From contig CBEVQY010000036.1 of NCBI GenBank assembly GCA_965552135.1, positions 1 through 22,040 of the forward strand: a DNA stretch of 22,040 nt. The letters are read 5' to 3'. The position numbers and the translations under genes are program-made. Numbering within the stretch: position 1 is the stretch's first letter; every line of letters begins with the position of its first letter. The DNA is from an uncultured bacterium. GTDB taxonomy: Bacteria; UBP14; UBA6098; B30-G16. Below are positions 15,826 through 22,040 of this stretch, in pieces. The notes under the pieces are model-generated. The model saw nothing but the letters and a program-made list of their open reading frames with translations, did no database searches and was not told the origin of the DNA.

Positions 15826-15853
15826 TTGACAGAACGACGCCTTAAGATATCTT
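15826..15853 (+). promoter_or_regulatory. sigma70-type promoter for the DUF2723-dapF operon
   Basis: TTGACA - 16 nt - TATCTT, 29 nt upstream of ATG 15883. Confidence 0.65.
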
Positions 15854-15882
15854 ATTGGCGCAGAAACAAATTGGGGGTAATT

Positions 15883-18800
15883 ATGTCTGGGGATAGGCTT
15901 GCCGCATACGAGTCGGAGGGTTTAAGGCACTGGACGTTGGTCAGGGACATAGCGGCGCTTGTTGTTTTTTTGGTCGCCGCTGCGGTTTACTTCTCCACGG
16001 CGCAGGCGAGCGTGCCCTTTTGGGACTGCGGAGAGTTCATATCCTGCTCCTACATACTGGGTGTGCCCCATCCTCCAGGCGCGCCCCTCTTTCTGATCTG
16101 GGGGAGGCTCTTTTCGCTTTTGCCCCTTGGAGTTGAGATAGCCCGCAAACTTAACTGGATGTCGTCCCTCTTCAACGCCCTTGCGATAGGGCTTTTGTTT
16201 TTGCTTTTGGCGCGGGTCATAAACAGGTGGTTTGGGAGGGTAAGGAACTGGACCGAGGCTGCGATAGCGCTTTCGGGCGCCGCGGCAGGAGCTTGGTTCG
16301 CGGGCTTTGGAACAACGTTTTGGAACAACGCCGTCGAAGCAGAAGTCTACGGCTTCGCTATGTTTATAACCGTTTTGGTTGTTTACCTTGCGGTCCTGTG
16401 GAGCGAGCGCCACGGAAGCCCCAAGGTCGACAGATACATCCTGCTTATTGCATACCTGCTGTACCTCGGCATAGGCGCCCACATGACCGTTATGATCATG
16501 CTGCCGCCGCTTTTCCTTTTCTTCGTTGTCTACGATAAGAACAAGCGCCAAAACCCTGTCTTCTGGCTTACGTGGTTCGTCCTCTTTTTGGTGGCGACGG
16601 AGTTTAACGTGTTCGTCGAGAACATGATGGCGGCGTTTGTGGTCTTTGCACTCGCCGCAATACTGACCAATTCCTCGGCTGGCAAGACCGTCTTTCAGGT
16701 CATCATGGGCGTCTGGGCGCTCGTCCAGTTCGGGCTTATGTTTAAGGGAACAACCGTATTCGGGCTGCTTCTTAAGGACTACGGGCTTTCCGGAAGCTCA
16801 CCACACTTCGTGTGCGGGCTTTTTCAGTTTCTGATAATCCTTGCGGCTCTGATCATAGTCTCGATAAAGAACTACATACGGGAGTGGAGATTGGGCTTTT
16901 TCGCCATACTGCTTGCGCTTGTTGCGTTTTCGCTGAACACCTACACGCTCATCCGCTCGCGGGCGAATCCCTACATAGACGAGAACGATCCCCAAACCAT
17001 CGCTGCCTTCCGCGACTATATGGACCGCAAGCAGTACGGCCAGGAGTCGATGTGGACGCTTATGTTCAGGCGCAAGGGATCGTGGAAGAACCAGTTCGGG
17101 ACGCACGTGCGAATGGGCTTTTGGGGCTTCTTCAGGAAGCAGTGGGCAAACCCGCTGCACATCCCCTACAAATACACCCTAAACGGCTGGCTTTTCTTTG
17201 CCCTCGGGCTTTTGGGGCTTGCCTACGCGATATACAAACGCCCCAAGTGGGGGTATCTGCTCTTCCTCGTGACCCTGATCTCAACCTTGGGGCTTTTGGT
17301 CTACCTGAACTTCTCCGACGGCACGAGGTATATGCACCTTGAGGTGCGCGACAGGGATTACTTCTACACGCCGGGCTTTATGTTCTTCGGCGCTCTTATG
17401 GGGCTTGGGCTTGCGGCAATACTTTCGTTTATCTACCGCGGTTGGCGCGAGTTTGTTGGCTTTTTGGCGAAGACCGGACCGCTCCTTTTCTTCTCGGTCT
17501 CGGGGGCGGCGCTGGTGCTTATGGCGCTTATACGTGACTACATCCCCTACTTCATCTTTACGGCGCTCGGGACGTTTGCGCTCGGGATGCTTTGTTCCTT
17601 CATCCGTCCAAAGGAGGCTCAGGCGAACCCCGGCGCAAGGCCAAGCGGAGGCAAGAAGCTCGTCATCGCGCTTTTGGCGCTGCTTTTCGCCATATCGCCC
17701 TCTATGGCAGTCACCACCTGGTGGTTCGAAAACGACCGCAGCAGAAACTACATCCCCTTCGACTACGCCTTCAACATCCTCGACTCCTGCGATAAAAACG
17801 CCATAATCTTCACCAACGGCGACAACGACACGTTCCCCCTGTGGTTTCTCCAGGCGGTGCCGAAGATACGAACCGACGTGAGGATCGTGAACCTCTCCCT
17901 CCTCAACACGTCGTGGTACATAAAGCAGCTCAAGCACAACATGGGCGTTCCCATCAAGCTTACCGACGAGCAGATAGAGCGTCTTCGTCCCCGGCGCGAC
18001 CCCCTCACGGGGAAGATAATCCGCGTGCAGGACGTGATGGTCAGGCACATAATCGAGAACACTCCTGTCAGGGTGAGGGTCGACAGCGCGACGGGGGATA
18101 CGATCCGCTACCTTGATCCGCCCGTGTTCTTCGCGGTGACCGTTGCGCCCGAAAACAAAGCCGGCTTCGACCCATACCTTGCGATGGAGGGGCTCGTCTA
18201 TCGCGTCACGACGGAGAAGGGCGACCACAAGGTCAACGTCGAGCAGATGAGGTACAATCTCTTCAAGCGCTACAAGTACCGTGGACTCAAGGACAAGACG
18301 ATTTACAAGGACGAGAACTGTCGCAAGCTCCTCCAGAACTACACGACGGGGTTCATCACCCTCGCCTACGAGTATCGTCGTCGCGGCGATACCACAAACG
18401 CTCTGGCCACGATAGAGAAGATGCGCGAGGTTCTTCCGTTCGAGTGGCGCGCCAACGCCTTCTCCGCGGAGTTTTACTCCTGGGCGGGCAAATGGGATAA
18501 GGTCGACGCAGCATACAGAGAAGCCGTCCGCGAAATAGAAAGCCAAAGGGAGCGCAACCCTGATCAGTCAAAGCTTTTCAGGATGTACTTCGAGATCTTC
18601 TACCGCAACAAGATGTACGACAAGGCTGAGCTTGCGCTCAAGGACGGTTTGAGGCTTTTCCCCGACGACAAAGACGTCTTCAGGGCGTATTTGAGCTATC
18701 TTTACATCCGCAAGCGTGACGCCGAGCTTAAGGATGCCCTCGCCGACTGGGTTGCGCGGCACCCTGGAGATGAGGTGATGACAAAGTTCTACGAGCAGGT

Positions 18801-18915
18801 CAAAGCGGGTGGTCTTTCGTATATGCGCAGGCTCGAGGCTGCTGAATCGACAAAAGCTGCGCAGGGGACCCTCTCATCCGGCGGCGCCGCAAAGCCAGAA
18901 AGCACGTCGAGGTGA
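15883..18915 (+). CDS. DUF2723 / TMEM260-like polytopic membrane glycosyltransferase (GT-C) with C-terminal TPR-like helices
   Basis: ~1010 aa; SVPFWDCGEFISCSYILGVPHPPGAPLF, FWNNAVEAEVY, NDP...RKQYG, EVRDRDYFY, AIIFTNGDNDTFPLWFLQ, RTDVRIVNLSLLNTSWY; many TM segments. Start set at ATG 15883; the track TTG start coincides with the -35 box. Confidence 0.9.
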   Translation: MSGDRLAAYESEGLRHWTLVRDIAALVVFLVAAAVYFSTAQASVPFWDCGEFISCSYILGVPHPPGAPLFLIWGRLFSLLPLGVEIARKLNWMSSLFNALAIGLLFLLLARVINRWFGRVRNWTEAAIALSGAAAGAWFAGFGTTFWNNAVEAEVYGFAMFITVLVVYLAVLWSERHGSPKVDRYILLIAYLLYLGIGAHMTVMIMLPPLFLFFVVYDKNKRQNPVFWLTWFVLFLVATEFNVFVENMMAAFVVFALAAILTNSSAGKTVFQVIMGVWALVQFGLMFKGTTVFGLLLKDYGLSGSSPHFVCGLFQFLIILAALIIVSIKNYIREWRLGFFAILLALVAFSLNTYTLIRSRANPYIDENDPQTIAAFRDYMDRKQYGQESMWTLMFRRKGSWKNQFGTHVRMGFWGFFRKQWANPLHIPYKYTLNGWLFFALGLLGLAYAIYKRPKWGYLLFLVTLISTLGLLVYLNFSDGTRYMHLEVRDRDYFYTPGFMFFGALMGLGLAAILSFIYRGWREFVGFLAKTGPLLFFSVSGAALVLMALIRDYIPYFIFTALGTFALGMLCSFIRPKEAQANPGARPSGGKKLVIALLALLFAISPSMAVTTWWFENDRSRNYIPFDYAFNILDSCDKNAIIFTNGDNDTFPLWFLQAVPKIRTDVRIVNLSLLNTSWYIKQLKHNMGVPIKLTDEQIERLRPRRDPLTGKIIRVQDVMVRHIIENTPVRVRVDSATGDTIRYLDPPVFFAVTVAPENKAGFDPYLAMEGLVYRVTTEKGDHKVNVEQMRYNLFKRYKYRGLKDKTIYKDENCRKLLQNYTTGFITLAYEYRRRGDTTNALATIEKMREVLPFEWRANAFSAEFYSWAGKWDKVDAAYREAVREIESQRERNPDQSKLFRMYFEIFYRNKMYDKAELALKDGLRLFPDDKDVFRAYLSYLYIRKRDAELKDALADWVARHPGDEVMTKFYEQVKAGGLSYMRRLEAAESTKAAQGTLSSGGAAKPESTSR

Positions 18916-18920
18916 CGGGG

Positions 18921-19736
18921 ATGGAGATCGATTTTGTGAAGATGAGCGGTTCCGGCAACGACTTTATAGTTGTCGACGACCGCAGCGGCGCCCTCTCTGG
19001 CGTCGATAAAAACGCTTTGGCTCGCCTGCTCTGTCGGAGGAAGGTCTCCGTCGGCGCCGATGGGATGATATTTATCGAGCCTTCCGACGCCGCCGACTTC
19101 AGGATGCACTACATAAACGCCGACGGCAGCGACGCGGGCATGTGCGGCAACGGCGCAAGGTGCGCGGCAAAAGTGGCAACACTTTGGGGCGTGAAAAGCC
19201 CAATGCTCATCGAAACCGGAGCCGGCATAATCGAGGCAAGCGTTTCCGGCGATGACGTCTGCGTGCAGATGCCGCGCGGGGAGCTGGTGGAGAAGGACAT
19301 AGAGCTCGTCGTCGATCACCTGCCCATTGTGGTTGATCTCTACGACACGGGCGTTCCGCACGCCGTTGCCTTTGTGGACGAGCTTGAGGGCATCCCCGTT
19401 GAGCATTGGGGCAGGGCGATACGGTATCACCGGCACTTCGCGCCCGGCGGAGCGAACGCCGACTTCGTCCGCGTGGTCGACGAGCACACCATCATGGTGC
19501 GCACTTACGAGCGCGGCGTTGAGGCGGAGACGCTTGCGTGCGGCACGGGCGCCGTCGCAGCAGCACTCGACGCCGCCCGAAGAGGACTCGTGACTATGCC
19601 CGTAAACGTCGTCGTTCGCCTGCCCGACACGCTCACAGTAAACGCCGATGGCAGCAAAATAACGCTCAGCGGAAAGGTTAAGCTGGCTTTCCGCGGAAAA
19701 GCCTTCGTCTCGGAGGAGGAAATTTGCGCCCTGTGA
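18921..19736 (+). CDS. dapF: Diaminopimelate epimerase
   Basis: FVKMSGSGNDF, VGADG, NADGSDAGMCGNGARC, DTGVPHAV, RTYERGVEAETLACGTG; alternative start GTG 18912 overlaps the upstream stop. Confidence 0.96.
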   Translation: MEIDFVKMSGSGNDFIVVDDRSGALSGVDKNALARLLCRRKVSVGADGMIFIEPSDAADFRMHYINADGSDAGMCGNGARCAAKVATLWGVKSPMLIETGAGIIEASVSGDDVCVQMPRGELVEKDIELVVDHLPIVVDLYDTGVPHAVAFVDELEGIPVEHWGRAIRYHRHFAPGGANADFVRVVDEHTIMVRTYERGVEAETLACGTGAVAAALDAARRGLVTMPVNVVVRLPDTLTVNADGSKITLSGKVKLAFRGKAFVSEEEICAL

Positions 19737-20287
19737 TCCTAACACTTTGGTGTCTCGGCGCCGTTTTAGGCGAAGCAAAACTACAATACTTCATAAAGCA
19801 GCTCGAAAAACATCATTCGTTTCAGTGTTCACTTGATGTAAATGTGTTTTCTTATTCAGATACATTGAATTACATCGGATATTTTGCGTACAAAGGAAAA
19901 AGGTTTCTGCTTCACGTCGGAGATGAGTTTTATCTCCGTCGCAGGGCGGATGAGGGCGTTTTAAGCTGGGTTGACGGGAGCGATGCCGTCGTCGACGAGT
20001 ACCTGACCGACTTCGCAAACGCCCGTGGGTGGAGGACGTTGGACGAGTGGTTTTCGTTGAACGAGGCTTGTGTGGGGGATACATGTGTTGTCGCCGGCGT
20101 TGCGAAGGATACCGCCTTCGTTACGAGGTTCGAGATCAGGTTCGACCGCAGAAGCGGTCTTCCCTTCTCCCTTTCGGTTTGGGGTGGCGCAGGTGAGCGC
20201 GTCGAGGCGAGGGTTTTCTGGCTTTCTTTCGCGCCGCCGGGCGATTCGCTGTTCGTTTTGCCGAAGGGCAAGGCTGTAGTAAGGTAA
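19724..20287 (+). CDS. Exported protein, possible divergent LolA-like fold
   Basis: 187 aa, TTG start after SD GGAGGA, overlapping the dapF end; hydrophobic N terminus; FEIRFDRRSGLPFSL and C-terminal PPGDSLFVLPKGKAVV resemble LolA C termini. Confidence 0.55.
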   Translation: MRPVILTLWCLGAVLGEAKLQYFIKQLEKHHSFQCSLDVNVFSYSDTLNYIGYFAYKGKRFLLHVGDEFYLRRRADEGVLSWVDGSDAVVDEYLTDFANARGWRTLDEWFSLNEACVGDTCVVAGVAKDTAFVTRFEIRFDRRSGLPFSLSVWGGAGERVEARVFWLSFAPPGDSLFVLPKGKAVVR

Positions 20288-20300
20288 GCTGGAGGGCGAG

Positions 20301-21578
20301 GTGAAGGTCAATCTCGTTTTCTGGGACGTTGATGATTGGCGCAGGTTTTTCCCCATCTCTCTTTTGCGTCCGGCCTTTGAGCTTCGGGCGGGTGCGCTGA
20401 CTTTTGCCGAAAGGGCAAAGCTCACCTTCCCCGACTCGAAGGTTTTTGCGGTCTGTCGCAGGGAGCTGCTTGAAATTGCGGCCGAGATGGGATACAGCGT
20501 CGACCTTGCGGGCGTTGACCCAAAGCTTCCAACGATCGCGCTGTGTGGAACGACGTTCTTCACGCAGAGGGCGTTCAGATACATAGCCTCGTCCAAAACC
20601 CCCACCGTTTTCATTTCGCAGGATGTTCCGGTTGCGGTTTTTGCGCCGCCGGGCGAGAGGCGGTGGGCTGAGTTCCTGTCGGCTCCACCGCGCGAGGAGG
20701 ACCTCGCCAAACTCGCTGCGGTGTACGATGCCGTCGAGCTCGATGTCAAAACCTTCCGAACGCTTTGGGATATAATCTCGCGAAACGGCGAGCTTGTGGA
20801 GGAGGACTTCGACGCCTTCTACCGCAGGCGCGTCGTTCCCTACGCTGGTGAGCAGAGGGTCGCCCTCTACAACCCCGACGAGGTCTTCATCGGCTCCGGC
20901 GCCACCGTCGACGCATACGCCGTCCTGGATGCGCGGGAAGGACCGGTGATCATCGAGCGTGGGGCGCACATCGCCTCGGGGAGCATCGTCGTAGGTCCTG
21001 CTGTGGTGGGTGCGGAAAGCAGGGTCATGCCCTTTGCCCGAATAAGGGAGGAGACGACGGTCGGTCCCGTCTGCCGCGTTGGGGGAGAGGTGGAGGCGTC
21101 GATCTTCCTGGGATTCTCCAACAAATACCACGACGGCTTCCTGGGGCACTCCTACGTCGGCGAGTGGGTCAACCTGGGGGCGCTTACCACAAACAGCGAC
21201 CTCAAGAACAACTACAGTCCCGTGAGGGTTTCGATGCCGTGGGGCGAGATCGAGACCGGTCTTGTGAAGGTCGGCGCGTTCATAGGCGATCACGCAAAGC
21301 TCGGCATAGGGACGCTTGTGCCCACGGGCGCTGTGGTTGGCACGGCGGTGAACTTCTACGGCGGTGGGATGATGCCAAAGTACGTGCCGCCCTTTGTTTG
21401 GGGCAGCTGGCGCGACGGATTCACGCACTACAAGCTCGAAAAGGCTTTGCAGACAGCCGACGTCGTCATGCGCCGGCGCGAAAGGCGCCTGACGGAGGCG
21501 ACCAAAAGGCTTCTTATACGCATCCACGGCTTCTTCGGCGACGACAGAACCGCGTTCATCTCAAAGCACCGCGCCTAA
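20301..21578 (+). CDS. GlmU-like putative sugar nucleotidyltransferase/acetyltransferase with hexapeptide repeats
   Basis: FFPISLLRPAFELRAGALT N-terminal domain; LDAREGPVII, VGGEVEAS, SNKYHDGFLGHSYVGEWVNLGALTTNSDLKNNY, IGDHAKLGIG; GTG start with SD GGAGG. Confidence 0.9.
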   Translation: MKVNLVFWDVDDWRRFFPISLLRPAFELRAGALTFAERAKLTFPDSKVFAVCRRELLEIAAEMGYSVDLAGVDPKLPTIALCGTTFFTQRAFRYIASSKTPTVFISQDVPVAVFAPPGERRWAEFLSAPPREEDLAKLAAVYDAVELDVKTFRTLWDIISRNGELVEEDFDAFYRRRVVPYAGEQRVALYNPDEVFIGSGATVDAYAVLDAREGPVIIERGAHIASGSIVVGPAVVGAESRVMPFARIREETTVGPVCRVGGEVEASIFLGFSNKYHDGFLGHSYVGEWVNLGALTTNSDLKNNYSPVRVSMPWGEIETGLVKVGAFIGDHAKLGIGTLVPTGAVVGTAVNFYGGGMMPKYVPPFVWGSWRDGFTHYKLEKALQTADVVMRRRERRLTEATKRLLIRIHGFFGDDRTAFISKHRA

Positions 21579-21624
21579 AAAAGTTCTTGCGCTTGGGCGG
21601 AGATGTGATATTTAATTTATTGAG

Positions 21625-21697
21625 GCTGGCGTAGCTCAGTCGGTAGAGCAGCGCACTCGTAATGCGCAGGTTGTGGGTTCGAGTCCCACCGCCAGCT
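21625..21697 (+). tRNA. tRNA-Thr(CGT), CCA not encoded
   Basis: Acceptor GCTGGCG/CGCCAGC+T; D arm GCTC-AGTCGGTA-GAGC; anticodon GCGCA-CT-CGT-AA-TGCGC; T arm GTGGG-TTCGAGT-CCCAC. Confidence 0.97.
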
Positions 21698-21773
21698 TTT
21701 TTATTTTCCCCCTTCTTGACACGCGCCCTGCGTGAGGCGATATTAGTTTCGCCTTTGGAACGGGGGTAGGTCT

Positions 21774-22040
21774 ATGGCGCTTAGGTTTTTCAACACCCTC
21801 ACGAGGCGCTTGGAGGAGTTTGAGCCGCTTTCGCCGCCCGATGTCAAAATGTACACCTGCGGTCCAACGGTGTACGACTACGCCCACATCGGGAACTTCC
21901 GCGCCTACGTCTGGGAGGACCTCCTGCGCAGATATCTGAAGTTTAAAGGCTTTCGCGTGACGCAGGTGATGAACCTCACCGACGTCGACGACAAAACGAT
22001 AAGGGGCGCAAGACAGGCGGGGGTGTCGCTTGCGGAGTAC
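21774..22040 (+). CDS. cysS: Cysteine--tRNA ligase (partial, runs off the window)
   Basis: Hand translation [19 protein letters not shown]...[18 protein letters not shown]...[16 protein letters not shown]-like HIGN motif. Confidence 0.96.
   Translation, partial: MALRFFNTLTRRLEEFEPLSPPDVKMYTCGPTVYDYAHIGNFRAYVWEDLLRRYLKFKGFRVTQVMNLTDVDDKTIRGARQAGVSLAEY

Noticed and set aside
17281..18546. 421-aa antisense ORF (also 20136-21527, 18789-19778, 13203-14162, 5278-6057 and 606-1121)
   Set aside because: Shadow ORFs opposite well-supported genes; expected from GC-rich codon bias, with no SD or recognisable motifs.
21698..21773. T-box or attenuator upstream of cysS; AGGCGA-N8-TCGCCT hairpin; TTGACA at 21716
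   Set aside because: The leader is too short for a T-box, the stem is only 6 bp, and the -35/-10 spacing is ambiguous, so no call was made.
1..22040. CRISPR arrays, IS elements, toxin-antitoxin or defence genes
   Set aside because: No regularly spaced repeats, transposase or nuclease motifs found; nearly all sequence is explained by the listed genes.

Overview
GC-rich (~60%) bacterial chromosomal window from a diderm organism with FCB-superphylum-like envelope genes: a T9SS-type C-terminal sorting domain, a PorV/PorQ-like barrel, a DUF2723 membrane protein and a GlmU-like protein. Unlike typical Bacteroidota it uses strong Shine-Dalgarno sites and TTGACA-like -35 boxes, so a non-Bacteroidota FCB lineage is inferred. 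The left part holds surface-protein genes on the minus strand: a phage-tail-fibre-like mosaic protein that runs off the window and is missing from the ORF track, a Trp-rich lipoprotein, a 998-aa gingipain-like/FG-GAP/CTD protein and a Wzz-like co-polymerase. The rest mixes housekeeping genes (fabD, M29 aminopeptidase, aldehyde dehydrogenase, Ldh_2 oxidoreductase, dapF, GlmU-like, cysS, tRNA-Ser(GCT), tRNA-Thr(CGT)) with envelope genes (two LolA-like proteins, a lipoprotein plus FadL/OmpP1 porin, PorV-like, DUF2723/TMEM260-like GT-C). No mobile element, CRISPR array or defence system was seen. The strongest leads are four. (1) The D-[ST]-[AILVMT] O-glycosylation sequon is about 8-fold enriched in exported versus cytoplasmic proteins (hand count), in the same window as a TMEM260-like candidate protein O-glycosyltransferase. 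(2) A near-perfect sigma-54 promoter with an NtrC-type enhancer palindrome precedes the lipoprotein-FadL pair. (3) The CTD-bearing protein contains a divergent clan-CD protease domain. (4) The tail-fibre-like gene is chromosomal and has a signal peptide.
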